From: Puccinia triticina
Taxonomy: Eukaryota
Assembly: GCA_026914245.1 (NCBI GenBank)
Contig: CP110439.1
Coordinates: 6,572,001-6,636,000 of the forward strand
Length of the DNA stretch: 64,000 bases
Direction: 5' to 3'
In this document: one piece after another, positions 11,366 through 24,424 of the stretch
How positions within the stretch are numbered: the first letter of the stretch is position 1
How the letters are laid out: every line of letters starts with the position of its first letter
The notes under the pieces: model-generated
Databases searched by the model: none
The model's input: the letters and a program-made list of their open reading frames with translations, nothing else
Told to the model about the DNA's origin: nothing
Made by a program: the position numbers and the translations under genes

Positions 11366-13649
11366 ATGTGCTGTTTTTTGTTATGTTGCCTGGGCAAGGT
11401 TGATTGAGTCAAATTTATCTTTTCCCAAGGAGCTTTAAGCGAATAGCTCGTTTACACTCCGATCTATGCACGAATAGTTCAAGTTGAGGTGTTCTGCAAG
11501 GTTCTGCAAAAATTACATATTCAATAGTCGAAACGCGTTGTAGAAGACGTAGCTAGGAAATCCGTTCATGCATATTCACTCTTCTTGGGTCGCATATCGG
11601 CCAAGCCAATTCAGAGATCTTGGCACCCCTATCACCTCTGACTTATCACAAGTCCCTCGCTTCGGAGGACCCTGGTACAGCCTGGGCTGGCGCAAAGCGC
11701 CCTCGCGCGAAGCGCGACCTCCGAAGGAGGGACTTCCAGGTAAAGCCAAAAATTTGGTCTGAGAGCTTTCAGTGTTTTGGTGAGAGTTTTTTCTCGCTCC
11801 CCTTTCAGGTGTCTTCTCATGCTATTGCCTGTGGTGCCAGATTAAAGGCCTCATTTTTCTCTTTCTTTTGGTGTCAATCACCACTTTTTCCCCTTTCACA
11901 AACTCCTTCCATCCCCCTTTGAAGTTTATACTTTTTATGTGTTCGACCAGAAGTGTGTATGTAAATTCCCAGAAGATCCATGTAGACTCAATTGAAATAC
12001 AGAACTCCATCCTCCATCCACCTTGACTGCTGAGCAAGGGCAACACTCTCCTTCAAGTGTAGATATCACAAAAGTGACACTACATTGAAGCTGAGATGCG
12101 CAACTATCCACTGCACTTCAGCTTGCTGACTCACAATGAGTGTGCTAAGGTCAATTTGATTCAAAAAGCTGGCCAAAAGACATGATTTTTTTGAAGCTCT
12201 CATGCGCAAAAAAGCCAATAACTCATAAGCCTCCCATTGGGAATGGGAGATGCTCAGCACCCCCAGTCCCGGGAGGCTTAGTTAAGTCAGTATTACCTGC
12301 ACCAGGAATGTTCATTGAAGTTTCCTCAGTTTATCTTTTGCTCTGGCCGTTAGCTCTGTTAGGATTCATTTTAAATCAATCCATACCCACTCACACTGGA
12401 GAGGAAAGCCCCTTTATTTTGAGTCAAACGGACAAGATCTGGGTTCCAAGTACATAAATATCTGCAAGCATTTCAACCTCTTTCTCTGCAAGTTCAGATT
12501 AGCCATACTATATATAGGACTGAATAGTTACCTATCATTTCTAATTAGATTGCATTCAAAGAAAATAAAATGAAATAAAAGGGGAAGTGCCTATAGTTAA
12601 ATGCTGATATATAGGAAATACTACTAGGGGCCAGGGCACAATTGGGAACTGAGAATTCTAAGTGACAATGAGTGGAACAACAGGGGACTGAAAGCAAATG
12701 AACCATCCAAACTATCTACCGCTATCCTCTTTTATACTCATCACCCTGTGTCCCTAGAAGAACAAGGTTCTTGGCATCACCAAGGCTGAAAAATAACCAC
12801 TCATCCTGGTAATTTTCTTGAAGAAGAGAAGAGTGTTTGCTTTTTTTAGGACATAACAACTTTACTTCTGCAGCAGCCTGAGAGAATTAGAAAAATGGCA
12901 CTCATCAATCCTTTCTGGCTACACTATTTCCTACTGGGTATGTTTTGGAGAAAAAAAATATACAATGGATAATCTTTCCATATCTTATTTCAACTTTTCA
13001 GGGCCTTGAGTGGCTCTTGAATTCCTTTTTTGTGACTGATGTGTGTTCCACTTCATCCTGCATTACACATCTTGCAATGTAAAGAATCTGAAATCAATGA
13101 TATTACAACTCTGATTGCAGTATAACAAGAGAATTTGAGAATGTGAAACATTGGAAATATGACAGCTTGAGTTGTCCCAGAAATGAAAACTAAAGCACAA
13201 ATGTTACAGGCACTCACAGGTGAGATTGAATTTAAAAAAGTTACTTCCAAAAGGGATAATGTTCTACTCCCATGGGGTTGACATAGCCTATAAATACCTC
13301 CTTTTGAGGGGACATCTCCTACCCTCTGTTGAGGGACTTTGTTGATGTAGTAGAATAACTGATATTAATGTAGACAAGGAGCAAGTGATAAAATTTCACA
13401 GAGGATTCAAAGAGATCTGAGATGTAGAAATGATTTCACATAATGTGCCCAGGGTTGGCAAAACTAGGGGTGCCATTTGGGTCTTCTGACATGATCTCAA
13501 TGGTGTTCATTCACCTGGAGTCAACGCAGTAGCTATTTAATTTTTCACGGAAAACAATCATGTACAAAAGGGGGGAATGTAAAACTACACAAGGTTGAGT
13601 GCTCAGAATAAAGTAAGAAGTCAGCAGGGTGAGTAACCATTACTAAGGC

Positions 13650-15465
13650 TTATTCTTTGGATATCTTACTGTTGAAATTTTCAATTGAAAGACAAAATAG
13701 TTTATTGAAGAAAACCTGAAAAATGGTGCGACGGTATCGATCTTGCAAGAAATTTTCTTGAACATCATGTCTGCCTGATTTGCGAATCCAAGTACATAAG
13801 ATCTTCCAAATCAATGTACTGTCATGATCGTTAGACATTTTTGGTCCTTTGTGCTTCATCCAGTATCTTTGAAATGAGTTAAATGCAATTTCAAGACAGT
13901 TTGGATGTTCATCAAATGAAATTCCTTGGCTCTTGGGTAGTACTACGTCAATCATCTCGACATAAAACAAGAAGATTAGGCATAATCTTTCCATTCGTTT
14001 TATAGACTGCGGAGCGGGGTCGACCCGGTTGACTAGGTTGAGTTTAGCTCTTTGATTCCAAAAGTCAATCCATTTGGTACGATTATCCCGCAGCTTGTTA
14101 AAGTGGTCTTGAAGATAAGCTGCTTTCTTTGTCTTTTTTCCATATTTGGCCTTGAAATTTTGCGCTTTGTCCCTGATCAATTCGTAACACTTTCCGAACA
14201 ACACGAAAGCATCATCGTACTCGTTTTCATAAATCACGAGTTTCTTCTTGGTTGGATTGAAAGCTTTGATTTCGTCAATGATCGGCTTATCCTCGGATAA
14301 CGGGCTGCGTGTTTCAAGAACCTCATGAGTAAATTCGAGTCTCCTAAAATGGGCATTACGAGTGCTTGAAGGCAGACTTTCGAGAGCAGTGGCGGGTTGC
14401 GGATTCCTAACAGGTTCTGTTACGATCTCTTTCTGACGGGAAGCCAATCCGTTTGTGGAGCTCGGGTTTACAACAGAATCAACCACGTTGTTGGGCTTGG
14501 GGCGCAATGAAGATCCCTCATAAGTGCTATCTGTTCGACTCATTTCGAGCGTTGTAAGTTGCCTCTTGTTGGCGTGAGTATCAGCAAAATTGATGGGACG
14601 TTTAGTTTTTCGAATCGCCACTTGAACAGAAGCAGAGTCAGATTGTCTCGCCCTATGCGAGGAGATAGTCGGCATCGATAATCGCTTGTAAAGATTAGGA
14701 TTAGGAACCAGAAGGGTACCACGAGCGAACACCGGCTGTCGAAAGTTGACAGGGCTGCCTGGCATCGGATGCAGAAAGTTTATTCCATTTCCATCGTGAA
14801 CAGGAGTCGTAAGAGGTTCTCTCGCTCCAAGATACATAGCGGTCTGCCCCGAGATCTCGGTAAGCCTATGGCCGTCCAACTCGTTCAGCGCTCGATTACG
14901 AACATGTTTCGTACCAAGCACAACCTGTTGCTGGGTCTCATCAAAGTTGGTCGAAGGATCTGGCAACCGATGCGCTCGCCAGTTCTTCAAAAGATCAATT
15001 GTTTGCGGTGGATTTTGAATTTTGTCTTCTTTCCTCTTTTTGGTCGATGATGCCGGAATTTGATTGTCAAGAGCAACAGCATTAGCACGCTGTGTTCCAC
15101 TGTGAGCCGCCGTGTGGTCATCCCGAAGAAGAGTCCTCCCCCAGCTCCCGGAGGATGGCGAAAGATTAAGTTTGGGGTGCATGCCAAGTGTGGAGAAGAA
15201 ATCAATTTCTCTATTTGGCTCTTGAACCGCGGAACTGCCTGCGCCCAAGTCCGGGTCATGTGTGACATGTGGAGTAGTTATGCAATCGCGAGTGTTGTCT
15301 ATGAAAGCATGTCCTCCAAAATTAGGGTCTAGCAGCGCATGGGAAGGAAGTTCACTCACCATTCAAATTAGAGAGGAAATCCCTAGTAACCTGACGTGGT
15401 AATTCATCTGGGGCAGAGCAAATAGTTACTCCCAGTAAGACTAAATGAGAATTGAGGATCTTCAT
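13650..15465 (-). CDS. Secreted protein, paralog B (candidate effector), two exons
   Basis: Exon 1 15465-15360 (MKILNSHLVLLGVTICSA-PDELP...); phase-1 intron 15359-15299 (GTGAGT...CATAG); exon 2 15298-13650 open. Confidence 0.85.
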
Positions 15466-17796
15466 GCTGCTGGTTTTGCTCTGCTGCCTGCCAGTGAGAT
15501 TAGGGGTTTCCCGACTTTCTGTGGCACAAAATTTGCTTACTTGCGGGTGACGTACTCGCTGGCCTGCAAGTCACGCGAGAAATCGCCCCAAGCAACCTCA
15601 TAGAAATTCTCGCGAGCGCTTGAACTCCTTCCCGGGTGTGCTTATCATGAAACCCCCTATTGATGCAGACTGTATCTTTTACCAAGGAGCATAAGGGAGC
15701 TGGTTCATCAAGTATCAGGAAATCATGCTCCCTCAATACAATGCAGCAGAAATATTGAACTAGTGTGAGACAATCAATCATTCCTTCAAAAGTTGAAACA
15801 TGTGCAGGCATGATGTGTTTTGAAGAATAAGGGGGTTCACACCCCAAAACCATATGATTTTTCTACCTTTGTATTTTGCATGCTCCACACTTGCAGTTCA
15901 AGTTTATCCAGGGGAGCTGTCAACCAAACCTCAACACTTTCTCAGAATAAGCAAGAAATAGTTTGGGGACAAACTTATTTTTGCCCTTCAAGCTTCCTTC
16001 CCTAACTCATCAAAGTCCTCCCTGTGCAGAAGGTCAGTATTGGGTAGTGCTTAAGTTTGTCTGGGGGGAAAAGCCACCCCTCTTGCAGGGAGGGACTTAG
16101 AGCATCTCCACTTTGGTCTCTAAATTGTGTGACTAAACCAAATTTAGTCCACTGGGCCTGATTTAGTTCCTCCACTGGAGACGCTGAATTTTGTCTTATA
16201 TCAGGATAACTCCTCTGGGGAGCTGTATCATGCCTAGATCTAGTAAAGTATAGCTCCTTTCATAGTCTCTCTGGTTCCCATATCACACATCCAGAGGCCT
16301 GTGATACTCCACTCCTTAAAGCACACAACCCCCAATTTTCCTGTTAGGTGGCCGGCAGAGCGCAGCTCAGAGGCCCCTGGTGTCCACAGGAGCCAGAGGT
16401 GAGCCAGTGACCTAGCTCAAGGGTCTTGCATGTCAAGCAAGACTCTATTGAGCCAGAGTGGTCAGACCATCTGCACCGGGCGCCAAGTTAGCCCGGATTA
16501 AGGCACTTAGCCCAACCTGGCAACCGCATTGGGTCAGATTAAGACGTGATCAACTTGACCCCGAGCTCCCTTTGGAGCTAGCCAGGTCTAAATCTAGCCC
16601 CAGGTAATCCTGGGACTTGAATGAAATTGAATATTCATCACCAGCAGGATCAAGTCGGATTATCACCTATATCCTCTTATACCATATATATCATATTGGA
16701 GTCAAACCACTCAGCCACCCTCCTCAAGCTCATCCAACCACATATCAGATTTGGAAGACTCAAACTCATCCAAGCACAATGTCTGGCAACAACAAGCAAG
16801 ACCAATCCAAAAAAAAACGTGTGCTAAATTTCACTTCAGAAGAAGACACCCAACTTGCAAAGAGCTGGGTCGTTGTCTTTGAAGATCCAATCCAATCAAG
16901 TCAACAAACCAAGGACAAATTCTTTGTGCGGATTGCCAATGATTACAACACCTACATTTTGGGGCCCCAGAGAGATGCTCAACAGTTGCAAACCAGGCAT
17001 GTTTTTTTTCTGGCCTTCCAGTTTCCATGCTTTCATTTGTGCTGATGTTTTTTTGTGGATGTATCTAGATGGAAGCTAATTCAAGCTGCCATCCTCCGAT
17101 TTGGGGCAATATACAATCATATATCAAAAAATCCGGCGTCTGGATCCGCACCAAGTGATTGGCTAACTGATGTGAAGGAGATGTTCCTCCGTACTAAAAA
17201 CAAGAACTTTGTATATGAAACTGCCTGGAACCTGCTCAAGGTTTCGCCAAAGTGGAAGACCATGCTTAATGGGAAAGCAAGAAACGGTGCGCAATCCTCA
17301 GCAACCTCATCCTTACATCCAGCCTTGTCAATCTCCAATGACCTTGGGTCTCAATTGCCTTCAACTGTTGATTCTAGAGTAGTAATGCAAGAGGCAAGTG
17401 AAAGTAACAATGGTGTATCCGCTGCGCTACGCTAAAAAAAGTGGCCTTTTAGCGTAGCGCAGCGGTTTTCTGCTACGTGGCCAGACCAAAAAGCAATAGC
17501 GCAGCGGGGAGACCGCTGCGCTACGCGCTACGCGCAGCAATCAACCGCTACCCTCCCAGCTCCATTAGCAATAGCGCAGCGGAAAAATATCCGCTATCGC
17601 TGAAAAACAGCGAAGCAATAGCGAAAACATGCTACCAAGTCGCTACGTGGTTGCTACAGAGGATAGCGGCCACGTAGCGGCTGTGCTTTGGCAGACAGGT
17701 TGGCCGGCAGTGGCAGTGCACACACCTCCGATATCCAACCCTTGGACCTCATTCCGCCCCCAGCCGTTAACCTTCCCCCATCCCTTGATCATCCGG

Positions 17797-18688
17797 TGTG
17801 GAACTCCTAAAAGATCAGGAAAGAGCTGTGAGGGGAAATAGTTAACTACACTACTAATAATGTAGAAGAGGCTAAAGGTGCTGGTGAGGCTGCCCTCTTG
17901 ACTAATGCTGATGTAGAGAGGGTTACACTAAGAAAAAGAAAAGGGTGTGGCTGATGATTCTCTTTGACTTAGATGACTTTAACACTTTATGAGTTTGAGG
18001 TGTATCAATCCTACTGAGTGAGAGAGGAGAAGTGAGATGGGGAGAAAAGCAGAAGCTCTTGGGGAGTCACTCTGAGATGGGTAATGAGATATATGCTGGG
18101 GGATATATTTCTATGGTGATGAAAGTGTATCTAAGTGTGATGAAAAAGGTGCTACAGAGGGGATGTATTAGAAAGTGCATGATGGGGATACAACATCTAG
18201 AGGGGTGTTTATATATGTGAGAAGTACTACAGGGGGGTGATACATGATGAGCACATAGTAACAATATCTGAAGATGAGCAATAATGATGAAGGTGCAATG
18301 ACCAAGGAGTGTACATGAAAGGTAACTATGTGGAAGATGAAATAATGATGAGCATTTGATAATAACTACAAGAGCTATGAAGGAATGTACTGCTGATATC
18401 ATATGAAGAGAAAAAAGAGTAATGAAGTTATGTATAATCTGCAGTCCTATGTAGCTATGATACTAATGAATGATGTATGTAATAATGCTAATGATATGTA
18501 TGAAGAAAATACCTGCCAAAACTATACATGCCAATAACTGCTGATCCATTTGGAAATCCTAGGTGAAATGAGTGGGTGACTAGGGGTAAAATGGGGTGTA
18601 GAATCTGAATATGAAGTAATAATGAGGTATTTATGAAGGGTTTAGGTGATATGAGGGTGATAGTATGAACAGGAACAGGGTTACCACA
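17797..18688. mobile_element. Solo LTR inserted in the hAT 5' region
   Basis: tgtgg...ccaca ends; ccgg duplicated on both flanks; essentially CpG-free, unlike the flanks. Confidence 0.75.
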
Positions 18689-18694
18689 CCGGTA

Positions 18695-21600
18695 ATGGCG
18701 GTCATAGACGGTATTCCAGAAGAAGAAACTCCTTCAACCCCTCCCAACAACCCAGGTCACCCATCTGATACCACCCAATCTGTCCGTCGGGAATCCAGTT
18801 GTCTTTGCACCCCCAGCACATGGCCTGGCTTTGTACCCACCCAAAGTGATTCTCGCCGGGCCCTGGTGTCCAATACTGATGCACCATCCAAGTCAAAACC
18901 AAAATCAGCCGTTGTCCCCTCTGCTCAGTATGACAATCAGCACAATGAATCCACTGGCAATGTGGTATCAGCTTGACAGACCGTAAGTTCTCCTCCTAGC
19001 CCAATTCTTTGACTTCACTCCTAGTCTAATAAGTGTTCTATTCCTCTACCACAGGGGCATTCAGGTTTGAAACAAGTTAATTGCGCGGGCAAGGAAGTTG
19101 TTGTCAACACTGCACAAGAATCCGATGACAATAACCAGAAGGCAGTCAATCATGCTTCCAAGACCAAGAAGAACCCTGATAAAGACAAGGACGGCCACAA
19201 TCACGTGAGACTCTATTTCTACACACCTGGCGAAGGACCAAAGCAGGTAATTTTGTATATCATCAATAGATTGATTTTGAATAAGAAACCATCATGTCGC
19301 TGAAATCAGGACTATGAACATAGGATCCTGCCGACACAGCCTATGCATGTCAATGGTGCCCCAAAAAATTCAAATCCAACAATGGCTCCTACTACAACCT
19401 CAAATCCCATTGGGATGGTGCTAATATTAAAGGTTCGATCCGGGGATATTGTCGTGGTCGGACCCAAGCCATCATATCCGGAGCTAACCTCCCTTTGACT
19501 GTGTTGGAGGCCATTTCGGCAAAGGCAAAAGAGAATTCATTGGGATTGGGGGCTGCAGGCACTCTTGTTGGATACATGACAAAAGGTCGGTTCAATAATC
19601 AAACCCTCAACAAGCTCCTGGTCATATGGATCGTGCGGCAATCACTACCATGGTTGCGTATTGAGGACTTCCTCCTCCGAGTGTGTTTTGATTATGCTAT
19701 CAACACATATCAGATTCAATCTCGTGGTTGGGCTGCCTGGCAAGCTCACCTACTCTATATTGAACAGAGGGACCAGGTTATCAAAGCCATTATGGTAAAG
19801 TCTCTTTCTCCCTCAAGTCTTTCAACTTGATTTTTGATTCAAATGGTATCTTGCTTTATTTCCTGTTTGCTAGGACTCCGACTCTAAAATATCTGTTGTA
19901 TCCAACGTGTGGACCACTAAGGGAAGTCACAAGGCATACATTGGCCTAACTGTCTGCTACATCACCCCTGAATGGAAATCAGTAACTCAACATCTTTTGC
20001 TCAAGTATGTCTCTTGGCATCATAATGGGAAATACCTCGCCCCTCCCTTCGCCAATGTCTTAATCAAACATGGGCTACACAATAAGATAAGTATTTCCCA
20101 GCTATTATTTTTTTTCAACTGAATTCTAATCAATACCTTTGAACTGTACATAATTGCGCAGACCACCGACTCAGGCAGCAACAATTTTACAATGGCAAAA
20201 TGTGTGGCTGAAATCTTTGAGGATCACAATTCAACCTACTGGAACGTTGCCAATAACCATCACCGCTGCATCTGTCACGTTATTGCACTAATCCTGGGTG
20301 CAGGATTGAGAGCTCTCAAAATTTCCAAGAAGATGGTCCGACCTGAAAAATCTGATATGTGATTTCCAGTTTTGGAGACCATCATCGAGGTATCAGAGCC
20401 AACAGAGGAGGAGATGGTTGTAGAAGGGATGGAATCAATGTCTTTAAAGCCAAGCCACTATATTGATCCTGACGACGCTGAAGCAGACACTCTTGAACCA
20501 GGCTGGAAAAATCACACAGAAGATGACAATGAGCAATGCAAAGATCAGAGCGGATTTGGCTTTACTCTGAAGAAGGTTTGTCAACGGCTTGCATGGCATT
20601 TGAAATAAAAAGCTGAATAATTGATTCTCAAAATTATCATCCTTGATTTAGATAGACTATATCTGCCGCAGGATAGCTTCGTCGCCGCAAAAGCAAGCCA
20701 AGTGGAAACTTTGGGCGGAAAAGCTAGATTATACAGGGCGCGGAGTCATTGGCAGTTACGGAATCAGATGGAACATTGCTTATGAAAGCAGGCAGCATTC
20801 TTATGAGGGGCGCAGGGTAAGTTTTATCTTATTTATTCCAAACAAACATGAGCTAAAGAAATCACTTCTCAACAAATAGGTCATCAAACAGTTGCTCAAG
20901 AACAAGTCGGACTTGTATGCTGGGAAATCCGCTAAATCCGCTGAGAAACATTTTTTTAAGTCATACAAGTTGCATGCGAAGGAGTGGGAGGATATTAACT
21001 CTTTGAATAACTTATTGAAGGTCTGATATTATAAATTCTAATTCCCTTGCCCGCTTATTGAAACTTATATGCTGTATAATTCTCAACTCACAGGATTTTC
21101 TTGACATGACAAAGAGAATGGAAGGGGATGGTCCAAAACTGTCAATGGTTGTTTACGAGTATGTCCAGGTCATTGACAATCTGGAAAAACACCAGGATAA
21201 CGCAATCTCAACATCAAGCCCACTTGAGCCAATGTTTGAACCGATGCTCAAAGTGGCAAGGAAGTATCTGACCCTTGCACTCAACTGCGACACCGTTGTA
21301 ATGGCCACCTTCCTCCATCCGGCGTGGCGCATGCAGCTCTTCATCAAAATGTTCCAGCCACACGTCATACGTATCAGCAAACTTGTTCGTGATTTTTTCA
21401 ATGATCGCAAGGTGCTCCTCAAGTCACTTGAGCCAGAAGATCCACCACCAAAGGAATCTCAATGCACCAATGACACTCCATCTGGATCAGAGTCCAGTGC
21501 CGATGATTTCAATTTCTATCCGCAAGTCCCTGAAAGCGCCAAGGTGAATACAGAGATAGATTGCTATAACAACAGTGAATTCCCATTGGACAAAAAGGGT

Positions 21601-22002
21601 GATTTGCTTGTTTGGTGGAAGGTCAGTAGCATTCAGTCTTATTATTAACTCGCTTGAATCCTCACTCATCCTAAATTATTTCCCCTGTAGAATCATAGCA
21701 AAGATTTTCCTACCCTGGCATCGCTTGCCAGGGATTATTTATCCTGCCCAGCCATCTCAGCTAGTGTGGAGCGTACACTTTCAGCAGCGGCAAGAATATG
21801 CGCATCGGGGAGGTTGGGCCTCGCAATAAGGACGATTGAACGTTGCATCAATAGCCACATGTGGCTACGCGACGGAGTCAAGCTCGGTGGACCTTTTGAA
21901 GACTGCCAAGAAGTCATTGATGCGGCAAACAAACACCCCAAGTTTGATAAATACATAGTTAAACCCAAAGTTAAAACAACCAAAAAACAACCCTGCAAAT
22001 AA
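18695..22002 (+). pseudogene. hAT transposase, multi-exon
   Basis: BED-like CQWC...NLKSH, VWTTKG, TTDSGSNN, CICHVIAL, GIRWN, FLHPAW, WWK...FPTLASLARDYLSCPAISASVER; in-frame stop near 20360. Confidence 0.9.
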
Positions 22003-23339
22003 ATCACAGCTGTGAATGGAACTGATAACCTTTTTTTCCCCTCTGTCTTGCCTTTTCTCCACTTTTACCTTTCTCTTGTCTGTCCGCTATTTTTTCCCAG
22101 GTTTTTTTTTTCCCTTTGTATCTCGAATAGCGCCGCTATTCCGCTGCGCTATCCGCTATTATAGCGAAATTCCGCTGCGCTGTCGCTAAAAATCAGCGGT
22201 CCATCGCTACGTGACCGCTGATTCAGCGCGCTAAAATTTACAATTTTTTCCTGGGAAGTCAAAAAGCGAGTAGCGCAGCGATGTGCCCGCTACGCATAGC
22301 AAGTAGTGCAGCGAGGCCAAAAATCGCTGCGCTACCCGCTTCGCTGCGCTATACGCAGCGCAGGGGATATACCGTTGAAAGTACTGTGTCACCTCTTTCT
22401 CATTATAAACGGCCCGATGGGATCAAGAGAGAAAAATGCCAGTTTGAGGATAGTGAATTCCGTCGCCAAAAGCACAAGTTGCTTGAGAAAGCAACCAAGG
22501 ACGCCGACCAAAGGATCACCGCGGCAAACCGACTGAACGAAATTCAAGAGCGGCTTGCTGCGGTTGAAGAGCAGAACTCTGAGCTCAGGGTGATGTTACA
22601 GGACATCACGTCTGCTGATGAAAGACTTCGGGAATATCTATGTGCACGCAGGAAAGAAATATTGGGCAAAATCAGAAACCCTCTGCCCTTGGCCTCGACC
22701 TCTGCAAGTCAGTCGACGGAACCTCAAATGCAATCGGGCCGTACTGAAGACAATGATACCTCGGTCACTCCATCACAAGGAAAACAAGCGTCTACTTCAA
22801 TCAGTTCTTAGTAAGAAACCTCTCCAAACTCCCTTTGCAAGGGTAGTATTGATCCACTTTCTCCTTTGGCCAGACGTAACCTGCACATCAACCCCAATCT
22901 CATTTGATTTTTTTTGCTGGTATCATTGTGTTGTTTTGTCTCACTCTGACTTCTCATCTTGCAATGCTAAGGCTCTTGATTGTTTATTTTATTTCAGTCA
23001 CTAGTATTTTATTATGAGAAAAACAAAGGAAAAACAATTTAAATATGAATCTGAGTTGCTTTAAGTGTCTTCTTCAGAATCAGAGTCGCGGAACTCATTG
23101 CAGTTGAACTTGTATTTGCTCGGTTCTTCAGATCTACCACTTAGACTCCAAGCATGAGCAATAAGGTCCCTGATGAGGTTGTCATGGATTGTCAGGGACT
23201 TCATTTCAATCGTGCGGATCAGTTGTTGACGGAGGGGTATTGGTGTAGCTTGAGGGGGAATAAGTCAGAAAGAGGCATCAGGCTCATATGGCCTATTCAA
23301 ACATCATGTCAGCAGTGGGCAGATACATTATCCAAAATT

Positions 23340-23690
23340 CAGCATTTTTGGTTTGTAAATTTCAATTTTGCACACAAAGGTTCAAGTTATCAGCAATATT
23401 TAAAGATCAGGGCTTTGTAACACCATTATCTTCAATTTGTGCCAAAAATATCACATTTTTATCGAGTAATTTTCTCCTAATTATTGATTACGCAAAAGAT
23501 TTTTAGTTTTAGTTACAGATAACTGAAAATCTGTTGTGTAATCAATGATTAGAAGAAAATGACTCAACAAACATGGGATTTTTTTTGTTGAGATTCAAGA
23601 TAATATTGTTACAAAGCCCTGATCTTTGAATCCTGCTGATAACTTGAACCTTTGTGTGCAAAATTCAAATTTACAAACCAAAAATGTACC
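23340..23690. mobile_element. MITE with ~80-100-bp inverted arms
   Basis: catttttggtttgtaaattt...atcagggctttgtaac is mirrored at 23608-23688; TSD not resolved. Confidence 0.75.
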
Positions 23691-24424
23691 GCTGATCATG
23701 TTGTGCAGAATTATGCACGTGTTCATGATGTCGGCAATGTTGCCCAGATACCATTGGAGAGCTGGCCTTGTGAGGATTTTCCATCTAGCCTTTAAGATTC
23801 CGAATGCTTGTTCAACATCCTTCCAAGCAGATTCCTGACATTTGGTATAGTATTTTGTTGCTTGATCTTGTGCCGCCAACCCTTTTGACTCAATCAGAGT
23901 CGCCCAGCTGGGATAAATCGCATCGACTAGATAGTAGGCATTCTTGTATACATGTCCTTGAACCTCAAACTCAACATTCCAGGATGTGCCCGCCAGCAAA
24001 GCTTGGAAAAGCGGAGAGCAATCGAGTACATTAATATCATTCAGTGCGCCCGGGGTTCCAAAGAAAGAATGCCAGATCCACGTGTCTTTGGTTGCAACTA
24101 CCTCCAAAACAAGCGTGGGGGTCTTCTCTTTTCCTTTAAACTGCCCAGCATGTGCGGTTGGACAGTTCTTCCAACCCCAATGCATGCAATCAAGGATCCC
24201 GAGGCATCCTGGAAAGCCTCATGCAGCATTTTGACTCAAAATTCTTTTGAGATCCTCTCAAGTTGGGCTTTGCAGATAGGTTGGACCGTAAAGTTTGATG
24301 ATCACACCACAGAAGAAGGAGATGTTTTTCCAAGCCGTTGTTTTGCCAAGGCAGCAATATTCATTGTTTGCATCAAAGGGAATCCCATAGCCTAACTGTC
24401 GGAGGGCAGCAGTCAATTTCTGTT

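Larger units (their letters stand above)
17408..22377 (+). mobile_element. Full-length hAT transposon with decayed transposase
   Basis: TIRs caatggtgtatcc / ggatataccgttg; flanks aaagtaa / aaagtac; GCGCTAC-rich subterminal repeats at both ends. Confidence 0.92.
16779..22811 (+). pseudogene. Harbinger Myb/SANT-like (NAM-associated type) DNA-binding gene, split by a hAT insertion
   Basis: NFTSEEDTQLAKSW...RWKLI...AWNLLKVSPKW; the frame QEASES|TVSPLSHYKRPDGIK rejoins across 17408-22377. Confidence 0.85.

Noticed and set aside
11950..13520. CpG-depleted, stop-riddled coding-like remnant between A and B
   Set aside because: Probably an old TE, but no diagnostic motif or termini could be identified.
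15363..15407. Apparent premature TGA in the paralog B leader, suggesting read-through or editing
   Set aside because: Wrong frame; exon 1 from 15465 splices in phase without a stop.
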